This document shows, piece after piece, positions 29,991 through 45,100 of a stretch of 64,000 bases of DNA. The stretch's first letter is position 1. Each line of letters starts with the position of its first letter. Origin of the DNA: Bugula neritina (taxonomy: Eukaryota > Animalia > Bryozoa); assembly GCA_964035545.1 (NCBI GenBank), contig OZ037768.1, positions 744,001 through 808,000 of the forward strand, read 5' to 3'. The notes beneath the pieces are model-generated. The model did no database searches. It was not told where the DNA came from and was given only the letters and a program-made list of their open reading frames with translations. A program made the position numbers and the translations under genes.

Positions 29991-32900
29991 TTATATTTTT
30001 GTCACATGGAGAAATTTAAACCTGGGTGGTCTCCCGGGAGGTTTGTCAGATGACTCAGCATCGGGTGACTCACTCGATTTCGGCTCTCTGCGACTCACCA
30101 GTCGAGGAGGAAGTTCCTGTGACTGGACAGGCTGCTGCGCCACGGCAACCGGCAGCTTATTAACTGATGCTGCCATTTCCCTTGCCTGCCACATCGGCAT
30201 GTATGGAGAGTGGCTCTTAGTTGTGGCACTGAGGCTATGCCTTGCAGTGTTGGGCATGGGGCTAGGTGATCGTCTGTTTTCTGTGGGACTAGACGGTGGT
30301 GTGCTCTTTCTGACATTGCTCAAAGACTTCTGCAGACTCTCAGCAATCTTCTTCTGCATTATCATGTCAGTGAAGGGAATGCTGCGCCTACGGGTCCCTT
30401 GCATCCGTCTCAGACTGGTCTGTGGGACAGCGTGGTCTACTGGCACCGACCTCGGGGCTATCAATTGACCCTCCACCTCAACAGGGGATGAGGATTTGGG
30501 TCTCTGAGGCTGTACAGGCGGAGGTGGATTGACTGGAGACTGTCTAAACTCGCTGGTCATATGTGATAGTGTGGGTGGTTTGGGGGCGTGTGTTACTACT
30601 GACTTGAATCTTTGAGCTTCAGGCAGTGTTTGAGAGAGCCCTTTGGCTGTGTCACTGTAATTAGGCATGCTTTTTAATTTGAAGTCTTTGTTAGACGCCA
30701 TGTGTTGCATAATCTTTTCATGCAACCTTTGATTTGGACTAGAATTGTGTGACTGAGAATTCATCTTCCATGAGGACGTGTCATTATGTAGTTTGCTATA
30801 GCCTTTAGAAGTACGAGTTGTTGGCACTACTTCTTTGGGTATTGTGTTGTGCGAGACGAGTTTACGTGTCATGTGACCATTCTGGAGAGCTGGTGAAGAC
30901 CTCCCGTGTAAGGAGTAACTGCTAGAGTGTTCAGATGAGGTAGATGAGGCACTGGGACTTGGCAGACTAGCACTTCGTATTTCAATATGGCAGCCGTAAC
31001 AGAGAAGGTGGTCTCCTATTGGATAACAGCGCTTGTCAGACTCATCAGTCAACTGGGTCTTGCATTTCTAATCAACAGACAGTATAAGAGTTAGTTTAGA
31101 GAAATACTTTAAAACTCACTGCTTTAGAAGTAAAGTATGTTACATACGTGTGGTCAAATCAAGTAAACACCCCAGCAGATTGAATTTACACTCAATCTCA
31201 ATAGCCAATTAGAAACTCACCTCACAGTGGTAGCAGTCAATGTGATAATCTTTGTCAAGGGCCACAACTCTCACAGTTTCATCAGAACCCTGCAAGATTG
31301 AGAACTTTATTCCTATCTATTTCGTTTGCTTCATGTCAAAAAGACAACTTCCTATGATATTTATTTCACACTTTAGAAAAGCCTACACAGATGTGCTGAG
31401 GCTACACACAGGTACTGAGGCTATTAGTCACACATTCACTTGGTGGCCCAAAGAAAGGAGTTTAATTAACTCCTTAGGGAATTCAAATAAAACATGATAG
31501 ATTATAGTAAATTCTCCATTATTCCAAAGGTAAGCTCAGTCATGCAACAAATGACTATAGCATTTTCTTTATTAGATTTGACAAGACAAAGTACCAACTG
31601 CTAGGAATTTAATTAGTGAAATGTGCAATTGCTATGCTAGACCATGATAGTTTATCTGTTACTGGCAGAGACTAGAAGATGAAACTATTCGTCAACTTTG
31701 TAAACAACTCAGAATTCAATCAACATTAAATGGAAGAGACACACACAAACTCACTCAAGGTGATTAGTGTAAATTATTTGCTCCATAATAATTAATTGAC
31801 AGAACTATCTCTTTGATCCCAGGTTCACTGGGTGTAAGCTTAGATGAGTGAGAATGAATCACTGAGTAGGGAGTCCAGTAAACAAATGTAATCTCTAATA
31901 TATGTGCTGGATACATTCTAATATTTGTGTAAATAAATCGACTAATTATTCTCTTTATATTATATTTTAGTAAATTGTGTTCTGCATCTACTTACATTTG
32001 GACTTACTTACACTCATAGGTACTTAAACTCATAGGTACTTACACTCATAGGTACTTACACTTACAGGTACTTACACTTGTAGGTACTTACACTTACAGG
32101 TACTTACACTCATAGGTACTTACACTTACAGGTACTTACACTTACAGGTACTTACACTTACAGGTACTTACACTCATAGGTACTTACACTCATAGGTACT
32201 TACACTTATAACTACTTACACTCATAGGTACTTACACTCATAGGTACTTACACTCATAGGTACTTACACTCATAGGTACTTACACTTACAGGTACTTACA
32301 CTTGTAGGTACTTACATTTATAGGTATGATTATGTTGCCACAAGCAGCACATTTTGGTGCAAAGCGTCTAAAAATAAACCCAAAAAAATAATTAATGAAA
32401 TATAATATTGTTGTTTACTTTTAGACAGTCTTCCAAGATGGCACATGATCTACTTTATTACAGTATGTAGCCCTATTAACCCTGTGTTGGTGAGTTCAAA
32501 TGTTACATTACATTAACTCAATAATCTGAGTTTATACAAACCTTAATATAGAGAATATGAATGCATGTTTTGTTGAGAAAGCTATCTATATATCTATATA
32601 CACACCTGTGATAGTCGTCTATACAGTATACATTCTCATTCAAGTCTATGGTAAAAGGGACGCCATCTAAACTCATGTTACACTCAGTGCATCTGAAGCA
32701 GCCCGGGTGAAAGGATCTGCCCAACGCTTGCAGTATCTACAATGTAAAGTATACACAACTCCAAAGCTATTATCCACAAAGCTGCTACTAGTACATAACA
32801 TTTTGATGTACTGTAAATTATACCTTTTAGTAGAATGTGAATATAACCATTTATTATTATTCCGTGCTAATGAAAAAGAATGCAAGAATTTTAATGGTAT

Positions 32901-35900
32901 AGTATTAAATAGCAATAGAAATTAGCCACCATAAACAGTAATAATTATGGATTACAATCGCTTTTCAACAGGCCAACATATATAAACAAATATGTAACAG
33001 TAAATAATACCAAACAAGATAAAGTATTACCAGAAAACAAAAACACAGCCCAAGTATTTGGTGTTGAGTATAAAGTATGCCAAAGTTGGGGCAACTAGGA
33101 AAGAGTAACTGAGGCTAAAAGCTAAAGTAACTAAGGTTAAACGGGGCTGGAAAAGAAGCTTCTAGCTACTAGAGCTAAGGAGCAGGCCAACTGCACTAGC
33201 TAGCGGTAATGAGTGGCTGATTATGAAATAAGACAACTTCACTTGTGATTATAGTAGAGCCAGAAAGCTGTTATGAAAATACAGCAAACTAGCAGGTGCA
33301 TTGGAGACCTTCTTAGCTGAAACGTACTTTAGTAAGTACACACAGTATGTTCAGCTAAAACTAAGAGTAAGTGCACAGTATGGACACTGAAATTAAGAGT
33401 ATTTGAAACTAAAATAAAAGCAACTTCAATATTTTAGATTTAAAAAAAATTGGCCGCATAAAAGGTGAAGGTCACAAATACACCTGCCTGTCAAATCACC
33501 CTGAAGCTGTTTTGGTACATGCTGATTGGCTGACCTACCTCAGTCACTGGCTTTCCCTATCCAATTAGATACATGCATACATATTTATGGCTTTTTATAG
33601 CTAATATTATTATCAATGGAGAACGGAAATGTACTACAATTTGAGCTAAAATAGTTCATGTTGGAGTTAAATGAACTCAAATAAAATATCTCAACAAATA
33701 TATACTGACTAACACAATGGCTGCTAGATTGATATACTAAACTTTGGCTTTTGATTTGCCTATTTAAATATAATATGTATGTAGTGTATGTATTCCAGAC
33801 AAGGTAAGACAACACCTAATTCAAATTTGTATCTACATGGTGTATCTTAGATTCAGCTAAATATATCATATTTCTATAACTTAAATCATATACAATATCA
33901 ACATGCATTACACAGAATAATATAGTAATATCATATGGTAATATATTAGTAATATAATAATACTGTAGTATAGTGGTAGTATATAGTGGCAATACAGTAG
34001 TAATATATTAGTAATACAGTAGTAATATATTAATATTGTAATATGCTACTCCCATTGGCTAAGCTCACAAACCTATTCAAAGAATGTTGAAATTCATTCA
34101 AATTACTGTCAAACTCTAAAACCAATTACTTTGCTTCACGAGTACGGAACTATATACTATGCTAATAAAAGTCATCATTAATTATGCTAAGTTCACAGTA
34201 TTTCCTCTGACACACTTTCAGGGAATTAAATTGTAATCTGTATCATTGAGAAGAAATGAAATCATTATTTGCAATACATTAGAAAAACTAGCAAGTAAGA
34301 AAGAACAGTGAATTTAATCACCTCATTTACATTTTCAATCAACTTTTTCACATCTAATTCAACTTTTCAGCACTTGGTACATTCTAAAAGATTTATTGTG
34401 AGAAAATATGATTAATCTTTTAAGAGTTCAGGTCAAATGAATTAACAATTTATAACGTCTTGGGCTACATAAGTCTATATATCATGTGTATGTGTGTTGA
34501 TTTCTATTTTGACCATTTTTTTATGAGGGAAGACAATTTCCAAAGCATGTTTGGCCGCATATATAGATACATCAGCTACCAGCTTGACAGAATAGAACAG
34601 GAAGTGGCATGGAAAGTGCTAGAAATATATTAACTCTACTCACCATATCCATGATCAGATGCCCACATTTATGACATTTATCTATGTTCTGTTGAAACCC
34701 TGAATACTGAAAATAAACACATTTATGTGTGAATCATGAGTCACAATAAGCCATAGCATTGAGGCCCAAAGTAATAGTGTAGCCTATGTATGTAGTATGT
34801 TGTGTATATATTATAGTGTAGTATATTGTGTATATATTATAGTGTAGTATGTTGTGTATATATTATAGTGTAGTATGTTTTGTATATATTATAGTGTAGT
34901 ATGTTTTGTATATATTATAGTGTAGTATGTTGTGTATATATTATAATGTAGTATGTTGTGTATATACTATAGTGTAGTATATTGTGTATATATTATAGTG
35001 TAGTATGTTGTGTATATATTATAGTGTAGTATGTTTTGTATATATTATAGTGTAGTATGTTTTGTATATATTATAGTGTAGTATGTTGTGTATATATTAT
35101 AGTGTAGTATGTTGTGTATATACTATAGTGTAGTATATTGTGTATATATTATAGTGTAGTATGTTGTGTATATATTATAGTGTAGTATGTTTTGTATATA
35201 TTATAGTGTAGTATGTTTTGTATATATTATAGTGTAGTATGTTTTGTATATATTATAGTGTAGTATGTTGTGTATATATTATAGTGTAGTATGTTTTGTA
35301 TATATTATAGTGTAGTATGTTGTGTATATATTATAGTGTAGTATGTTTTGTATATAATATAGTGTAGTATATTGTGTATATATTATAGTACATATGTGTA
35401 GTATATTCTGTATAATAGTGTATGTATGTAGTATACTGTACATTGAAAATACCAAAAAGACAAATAAAAGTAAAGTTATCATTTGGTGACAGCTAAAATG
35501 CTGCCAATAGCCAAAAGAAAAGCTGTAGAGTATATTCAGAGAGGCAAGAAATAGCTGACGGGATTTGTCAGTCTAGATGTCTGTAGCCTATTAACTATGG
35601 AGTATACTAGAGAGTATAATGATAGTCTGACTGAAGTAACTTATAATAAAGTTGGTGAGGAATGAAGATTATATGCATACCTTCCTTAGGGCCTATGATT
35701 AGCATTACATCACATTGTGAACTGTAATTACCATTACATCCCCTTCTATTAGGGTGATGATGAGTAGAGGGAGCGTGTAACAGTAACTAGTGTTGGGTAC
35801 CTTAGCCTAGCTTCTGCTTATACATTCTAGTTTGACATGTTTTACATGTTATTCATTCATTGAGCAAAAACTCTCGTAGAACTCTGGCTATTTCAACAGT

Positions 35901-38900
35901 CTGCAACTTCACACCAACTTAAACTAATGATGTGTGAAAGTAACAGAGTCAGTGAATGAAATAGTCTGAGATGAAGCTGACTGAAACTGAAGGAATCTTA
36001 CAAAAGCATTTCAAAGGACGCAAGGTTGCGATATGCCTTATATAATTTAGCAAACTAAGTTATCCTCTCTTGTGGAAGGGCAACTGATGAGTAGATAAAA
36101 CTAGTTACAGTTATGGTGGTTGGTTGAAATCAGCCAGTAAGAACTGAGATGACATACTATACATACCATATAATCTTCCTCACAGTAAACCCTCCCCTCT
36201 ACTGCATAGAAGGGCTTTTCTCTTAAAGACCTGCCTGCAAACATAAGTAATACTTGAGTAGTTGGAGTAATACTTGAGTAGTTCGAGTGTTTTTCTCAAC
36301 TCAGCTCACCGCAGTGTTATATAATAACATACCAGAAATAATTATTGTAACTGCAATAGTATTTAATATCAGTCTTAGACACAATATAACTTGGTTTATG
36401 TTTGACTAGGCTTCTACTGCATACATATATATAATCATATCTAAGTTATACAGAAGGTATTGCAGAATGCTATCTGTTGCTATATTATAACACAGTAGAG
36501 TGCATACATGTGTGCCAGCTAAAGCACAGCTTCGTATTCTATACTAGATACAATATTTTATTACGCAGTAACACACCTATCCTAAAGAACATTCCTAATA
36601 GTTACAGTGTTTTACTATAACCAAAAGAAAGCGCTATTATTAGAGTAAATTTGCACAATGAAGCAGTGTACTTGACTATTGTACTCGTGCAGATACAGAG
36701 TAAACACTTGGTCAGATTTACTCTGCAAACAGCACAGCTGGTGTTCAACAAAGTTTGAAATAATTAGTAGGAGCAGGGAGGGAAATGTTGCATAATAGCT
36801 CCAAACAACAAAATAAAACCTCTTTAGACTGCTTTATCTTTTATTCCTTACAAATTAAGTACCAACATAGTTGTAAAGGAAAATACATGAAAAAATTCAT
36901 GTCCTCAAAAGAGTAGATTAGCCCAAACAGGCCAGATGTTTGCTTACTGCTAAAGAGGTTGCACTAGTAAAACCTGCACCAGTTGTATAGAAAGTAGCAC
37001 TATAGTTGTATAGTATACAGCTTAGCCCTAGGAGATGCTCACCACAAGAGCTGCAGGTAAAGCAGGAGTTATGGTAGTTCTGGCCCATAGCCTGACACGC
37101 CTCCTCCACTTTGCTTATCAACTTCTTGCAGCCAAAGCAGTTGCCTACAAACAGAGCAGAACCCTGTATTAAATGCAAACCTACCACGTTCTAGAGTTGA
37201 CTTATATACCAGACTGTTTACCAGCGTTTTGGTATAGGCGTTGGTAAACTAATTTCCCTACAGTTAATGGGAAAAATATTTCCACAGCAGCTGAAGGCAC
37301 CACCTTCCCCCTGTACTGTTTACTAAACAAATCCTATAGTAAGTTGAGTGTTGAGCTACACATTAGCTTTATCTAAGAGAGTGGAGGTACTGAAAGCAGA
37401 GGGGTTTGCTGGTGGCAGTTGATTAGCCCCCTTCAGAATATGGTATACTAAGAGTGCTAATTAGTATTGTGGCACTGGGTCTCCATGTGACAACTACACT
37501 ATACTATAGTGTATACTATATAGTATCTCCCAGTTTGTACGACACATGATTGATGGCGATTCCTTCTCCATTGTCTGCGGCACATTCCAGCTCTGCTCTA
37601 GCCTGGCTGGTTATCAATTTCTTCTCAAAGATAATATTTGCTTAGAGTGTGCAAAAAGCGTTACAAATGCAAACGTACAGAAAAGGTGACAAAACAGGAA
37701 ATGGGGCTCAATAGCCAATCGCAGTATATAACTATTCTATAAAACATCTGATACAACACACAGATAGAGAAAAACCGCTTTCCAATGCCTTTCTTTCAGC
37801 TTGGAAAAAAAATCAGTTTTATTTCAATTAAAATGATGACCACAAGTGAGTGATTGATTGATTCAACTGAAAGTGATAGTCACAATGTTAGTATCACTGT
37901 CCCAGGGAACCACAACTTTGTTTACTTCTAACACCAATTAGTGTTCAGTTAACAGGCCCATAGATCAACAAACCACTTCAGTAATTTACTCTATTCTAGT
38001 GGTTTTATTGCCATCTTATCCCAATTCCTTTATTTATATCACAGACTCCCTTTCTCCTGCAGTAATAACTGTAATCATGGGAAATCTAGCATACCACATG
38101 CTCCATCACATAAGTCATAGTGTACCAAAGAGCAACAATTTTGGTCAGTAATTTATCCCACCACGACTGTACAGTCTAGTATTGTGCAACCAACAGGGCA
38201 ACTGAAAACTCTCACTTCAGAGTTAAATATATTCTGTGAAGTAAAATGAATCAAATGCTTTAAGAAATTATATATTATTGAAATTCATTCATATTTTCAG
38301 CTAACTTTAATAGATTGACTTAACATTTCTGGTAGAAGATAAATTAGCAAAGGTTACAATGTAGCGCTTTTAAACTGTATTACAGAATATTTACAGCCTA
38401 AACTGCCTATACGTTGTAACCACTCATAAATGTGCACACAGTACTATTATAGTTACGAGTAGCTGAGCCCTACACTAAGCTAAAACTCAACATAGTAGGG
38501 GAGGCCCTTAAGAGCCCCTTTATAAATGCATTCTTCCAAAAGAATTACTCTAAACAACACATTTCAAGCTGCAATCAGTACACATAATAACTGTACAAGT
38601 TGCACATTCACCGAGTGTACAGCTAATTGTTGAGAGACAGATGTAGAAGGCGATAAGATTATTTGTATTGAATAAGCAGCAGACCACTGCACTACATGTT
38701 TGGCATTCCGTAAAATATAGTTTATATACAAACTATAAGCATCTAGCTAACAAAAAGTTACCATACTATTATATTATTTTGACTTAAGACCAGCTCAATC
38801 TGTTGGGTTTTACTGTTTGCTAGTTTAATAACTGTTCATTGTCTAGTTGGAACAGATTTTTATAAAGTACTTCCTTCAGGGCTGTCCCACAGGCAACCCC

Positions 38901-39891
38901 AGGGCCAGATGCAGCTCCCAGTCTAAATTTAGGTGGCCTTCAAAGGCATAACAAATTAAAATGATATTTTATATTAATTTTGCTAACTGGCCTGAAACAG
39001 CCAAATGTTTATAACACACATTCTGTGGAAATCCCCAAGTAGAAGACCCTAATACCCCGTTTCTCTTAACTGAGTAGACATATGGAATGGGCCATGGGGG
39101 TCTCCAAACATAACATGGTCCAGGGCAAACAGTACCAAGTGTCTCACTAGTAATTGTAAAAGTCACCTAAACCACTGTGAGAAAAGACCCTTAACATTGA
39201 CATATCTAGCTTGAGTACGTAGACGTAAATATTGTGTATTATATTCAAGCTGTCTCATGACTATCTATGTACATCTCTCCCTGTACATAGTTGTTTAATG
39301 ATTTTTAGAAAGTTGAAATAACGTAATTTGAAAAATCATGATGCAAGCTGAGGCCCCACTCTCTGAAAGGGTTGGGACACCCCAAGCTGTACAATCTACT
39401 CAAAGAAAATTGGAATTATGTACGCAAATGTTATAGACAAACCTACCTAGTGTTGATTTTTCAGACTTTAATAATTCTGCCGCACATTTCTGGGCTGCCG
39501 GAGACTTCTTTGGAAGTTGTGCTCTTCTCTTACTGTCTTCCTCTGGTACATTGTGTTTCCTACTATGTAGCGGAGGGGCACATTTCTCTGTGCAAGGACT
39601 GCGGGCATGTAGATCCCCACCCTCAAAGTCATGACTAGTCGTACCAGAGGAACTCTTCTCACTAGAAGTTGTGGATATTGTACTGGCTACACTATTCCTA
39701 GACCCAGCTGAGTTGAACTTTGCTGTGTGATAAGACCCTGTGGTGTACGGCTGCTTGTTAGCTAGTGTTGTATGAGTGGGTGGAGATGTATAGAATTGAT
39801 CTCTAGAGTTGGTTGATATACCAACTTGTAGAGCATGTTGCGGTATTTTATCAAATCTGTTGTATGGAGGTATCCCAGTGTTGGCTATCAT
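29991..39891 (-). CDS. WTIP: WTIP/LIMD1/Ajuba-family triple-LIM protein, 8 exons: 39891-39447, 37144-37043, 36234-36167, 34706-34644, 32736-32606, 32367-32316, 31289-31221, 31067-29991
   Basis: Three LIM domains with family-typical motifs: [79 protein letters not shown]. Further 5' exons are possible. Confidence 0.88.
32005..32325. repeat. 16-bp minisatellite made of donor copies (minus strand)
   Basis: The minus-strand unit ACCTATGAGT|GTAAGT copies the real junction ACCTATAAAT|GTAAGT at 32316/32315. Confidence 0.92.
34773..35390. repeat. 26-bp intronic minisatellite (TATAGTGTAGTATGTTGTGTATATAT)
   Basis: About 23 copies. Confidence 0.95.
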
Positions 39892-42111
39892 TGTGTTCAC
39901 TTAGTCCAACAGCTACAACAGATGTATAAGCATAACTTTAATTCATAAGCCTAATGCTAAGGTGCATGTGATTAGAAAGAGATTTGAAGTATAGAACTAT
40001 TATTAATACACAGTTGAATACTAAACAATCAACAAGTTTAAAGAAGATCATGTGACTGAAGCAAGCCACAGTTAGCAAAGCTAATACTCATGGCTGTGGT
40101 TGATAAATTTGCCCTATTAAACTTTGATGATAGGAAAACTTTAAGTTTATAAACCTTTCATCTTGATATAGCCAATAGTGGTAATAGAATACGATTAGAA
40201 ACAACGAACAATAATAATTATTTTTTTACATTGCAATTGAATGTAATTAATAATTATACCTGTCTTGACAAATTAATATTATTATAGCCATATTTATTTA
40301 TGAATTAATATTTTGTTTTGTGATAACAGTAACTATAGGCAAAGAAATTCAAATTGTAGAACTATCTGTTAATTTGAATTAAATCACAATTTTTATTCAC
40401 AATAAGTAGTGTTACCTTTTTGTTGCAAAGCATTATCTGAAGTCAGAGTGTATACGATTTTACCAAGTCAAACGCTGCACGCACCTTTGCATGCACAACT
40501 CATTCAGAAAAGCAATGATCCTTGCATTATAATCAGTGTACAGAGGAACATAGAATCCTTGTTTTACTACACGTGCATTTGTTGACTCCTTTCGAGCTGA
40601 CCTTTAACCCATGTCTACAAAAGACAACTCTATAACATGCATATTGATCATCATGATTTGATATTTTCTTTTATTTGCTACAAAAAGTTTTTTGCTAATT
40701 ATTATTATGCTATTGATTCAACTGTTATAAATTTTAGTGTTTTTATTTTTAGACATAGAACTCTTCGAAATAAATTAGTGTGGGATTACAATTTTAGTCT
40801 AGAGTCGGTAATTCTAGTAGTTATGCGGAGCACCTTTCGTAGTATTTCCTAGTTAGTTGTTCACAGCTTGTAGTTGTTGGAAATTCGGCTCAAGCGACGA
40901 ATATCCTATTCAATTGATTATTTAGATTGTGCAATAAATGAACAATCGCCAATATTGTTGTATTTGCATTTTAGTTGACTGCTGCACGGATTCATCATGC
41001 AAAAAATTAAGGTTAGTTTAATTTAATGTCGCCTAAACTCAAACAGGACCTGGCGCTTTCACCACTACCAGTACCAGTTTGAGTTTGATGATTGATCAAG
41101 TTAAAGTTGAACTTGAAGTTCAATTCACCAGATTGACTATGGTTGACCAGTTCATACTCATACTGTTACTCATACTCATAATGATAGTAATAGTAATAAT
41201 CTCATAAGCACAGCCCATAAGCATAGCCATGCCCACAGGAATGGGGAAATCTTACTCTTATATTTGTCTTGCCCTTTGCCTTTGGCCTTTTTGCTTTTAC
41301 TTTTAGTTTGTGGCTTGCCTTTTCAAGTTTTAACAAAAAGTCAAATGAATGAATGAATGAAAAATGAACCGCTGCGTTTGCATTAGTTCATTGAGTGGTT
41401 TAAATTATTAACATCGAATGTCGGTACCTTTCACTCATATTCACTTTTTACTAACATTGATTCAGTTATGAGTTGATAGCTATTAGATCTAGTACTAGTA
41501 GTACTGATACTGATAATGTAATTATATATAATTTTATATTATCAGTCTTGTTCACTGATGTTATAGCGATATTCATGTTGGGTTTGTAGTTGTAATATGG
41601 TTTAACTTTATTTGAAGCTTTCCACCACTTCTATATTAGCAGAAATACTGAATCTATTAGCATATAAAGAGATTGAAAGCTAAAGACTCTAGAACAAGCA
41701 CTAACAACACATCATTCTATTTTTATTAGTGTTAATATTATTAGTATGACTAATTATTTAATGTTTTAAAAGTTGGCCTTAGAGTCTTATCAGTATGTCT
41801 AGGATTTGATTTATAATCTTACTATGAATATAATTTTACTGTAAGTTATGAGTAATGTTCTTAACGTTAAATGAGACTTTGTTGATTTTAGTTTTACATT
41901 AATATTTATTTGCAACAAACCATATAAAGCCGTACTAACAAGTGCCCTCAGATTTTGCTTTCCTATTAGTCACAAGAAATGAATATACCTGTGCAAGTTA
42001 TCTTTTGCTATACACGGGTTGATCACAAATATTACAGTATTACAGTATCACTGATGCTGATAAGTGCATATGTTTTTGTAGAATCTGCAAAATCAGTTGC
42101 AGCAATCGATT

Positions 42112-45100
42112 ATGACATCTCCGAAGAAGCTGAGAGATTTGATTCGGGAGATCCGAGCTGCAAAGACTCAAGCCGAGGAGCGGGCAGTTGTGAATAAGGA
42201 GACTGCTGACATCAGAAATAACTTCCGAGATGAAGACAGTACCTACAGATGCAGGAACGTAGCTAAGCTACTCTACATATACATGCTGGGATATGATGCT
42301 CACTATGGTCAGGTGGGTTTCCCAATATTTAGTGGCTTTATTTGCAAAGTATTCCTGCTTCAAGTTCTCCCAGTCAATTGACTTTGACTTTCTTTTCAGT
42401 TAGAATGTATGAAGCTGATTGCCTCCCCTCGTTTCACAGACAAGCGTATCGGCTACCTGGGTGCCATGTTGTTACTAGATGAAAGGGCAGACGTGCACAT
42501 ACTGGTTACTAACTGCTTGAAAAGGTTTCTGTCTCCTTCTACGCTCAAACTTGTCAATTATTTATCTTATATTTAGTGACTTGCGCATAGAATAGTTATA
42601 ATATATAATATTGTATACACTATATTATATATTACTTCATTTATTATATTTTATATGTTATCCAATACATTATATATTAATTTATAAATTATATGTTACT
42701 TTAAATATTGTAGATATATAGATGGTATATTACATTAGAATTAGACATGAGCGTGATATTATATTGAAATCATTGTAATATATTGTCCATTACACTGCTA
42801 TATACTAAGGATATTGTCCATTACACTGCTATATACTAAAGATATGTGGTGAAATGGTGTAGAATACAACATGTTTTACAGTGACTTAAACCACAATACT
42901 CAGTACATTGCCGCACTAGCTCTCTGCACACTCGGTAACATTGCCTCCCCTGAGATGGGAAGGGACCTGGCCGGGGAGATAGAAAGGGTCATCAAGTCTT
43001 CTAATGCATATCTTAAGAAAAAAGCCATTCTCTGTGCTGTGAAAATAGTTAGAAAGGTGAGTTGGTGCGACTAGGATTCTGTGCTCTGATTGGCCGAATG
43101 TTCTGTGTTCTGATTGGCTAAATTTGCTTCGTTCCACTAACTCTTCAACCCATGCAGCCTTTTACCTGGCGCCTATTATTTTTCCTAAGTTGACTTTACA
43201 GAGTATACAGTTGAGTTTCAATTTATATACAGTGGAAGAGCTGTTGAGTCGCTAGGGATGTACGGAGATCACATCATAAGCTTAGTGCTGCACCAGTTTC
43301 GGTTTTGTTTACACTTGGATACAATCATACTTGTATTTTATTGGAAAATGAAACTACTGATTGGCATTTTTCTATGTAACAAGCAGGCTTGTCCCACGTG
43401 TATTGTAGTTATCACTGCTAGTGCTGGACTGGTCCTAGTTATACTGCTAGAGCTGGACTGGTCCTAGTTATACTGCTAGAGCTGGACTGGTCCTAGTTAT
43501 ACTGCTAGAGCTGGACTGGTCCTAGTTATACTGCTAGAGCTGGACTGGTCCTTATTATTGTTATTATTGCAGGTGCCGGAACTAATGGAGATGTTCATAC
43601 CGTGCACCAGGTCACTACTGAATGAAAAGAATCACGGAGTTCTACTTAGTGCTGTAGCTCTCATCACAGAGATGTGTAGACTTAGTCCTGATACTCTCAA
43701 TCACTTTAGAAAGGTGGGTCCTCGGGCTTACCTAGCACAGCATGACTATTTCACTCTGCCATTCCACTAACCACTTCACTGTCGTTCATCTGGAGGTAGT
43801 GTTAGTGTGTATTCAGTGATACATTGGGGGACCCTTTCTGATATGTTGGTTATCTGATAAGACTCTGCCTATCATAGACACGCCCCCCTTCTCTGTGTGT
43901 AGAGTATAAAGTATAGTATATAGTACTGTGTGTAGAGTATACAGTATATAGTGCTGTGTGTAGAGTATACAGTATATAGTATATAGTACTGTGTGTAGAG
44001 TATATAGTATATAGTACTGTGTGTAGAGTATATAGTATATAGTACTGTGTGTAGAGTATATAGTGTATTGTGTACCAGCAGTATTGTAGTGCCATCTAAT
44101 TCTATATATAGACAAGGCTTCACTATAAACAATAATAATGCCGAATTTCTACATGTGCACTGCCCTAGACACTTAAGTAGACTCTCTCTCTCTCTCTCTC
44201 TCTAAGCACAACTATAGCTCCTGGTGTTGTGTATTGCTGCCAATGCTGTGTATTGCTGCCAATGCTGTGTATTGCTGCCAATGCTGTGTATTGCTGCCAA
44301 TGCTGTGTATTGCTGCCAATGCTGTGTATTGCTGTCAATGCTGTGTATTGCTGCCGTTGTTTTATAGTCGGTGCCTCTGTTAGTCCGGATATTAAAGAAC
44401 TTAATAATGGCGGGATATTCTCCTGAACATGACGTGTCCGGTATCAGTGATCCCTTCCTTCAGGTAACTTACCTCTGCCTTCAGGTAGATAACTTACCTC
44501 TACCTTCAGGTAGATAACTTACCTCTGCCTTCAGGTAGATAACTTACCTCTGCCTTCAGGTAGATAACTTACCTCTACCTTCAGGTAGATAACTTACCTC
44601 TACCTTCAGGTAGATAGCTTACCTCTACCTTCAGGTAGATAACTTACCTCTACCTTCAGGTAGATAACTTACCTCTACCTTCAGGTAGATAACTTACCTC
44701 TACTTTCAGGTAGATAACTGCCCTTAGTATCCTGTGTATGTCTCTGTAGACCAGGATATTGAAGTTACTACGGCTACTTGGTTGCCATGACGATGAGGCT
44801 AGTGAGGTAATGAATGACATCTTGGCACAGGTGGCCACCAACACTGAGAGCAGCAAGAATGTGGGCAATGCCATCTTGTATGAGACGTGCAGCACCATCA
44901 TGGATATCAATTCAGAGAGTGGGCTGCGGGTTCTAGCAGTCAACATTCTCGGCCGATTCCTCCTCAATAATGACAAAAATATAAGGTGTGTGTAATATAA
45001 GGTGTGTGTAATATAAGGTGTGTGTAATATAAGGTGTGTGTAATATAAGGTGTGTGTAATGTAAGGTGTGTGTAATATAAAGTGTGTGTAATATAAGGTG

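Noticed and set aside
30043-30468. Plus-strand 141-aa ORF
   Set aside because: Antisense to the WTIP last exon, with no independent evidence.
37216-37250. Hairpin GTTTACCAGCG...CGTTGGTAAAC as a Helitron 3' end
   Set aside because: No CTRR terminus at the expected distance and no identifiable 5' end.
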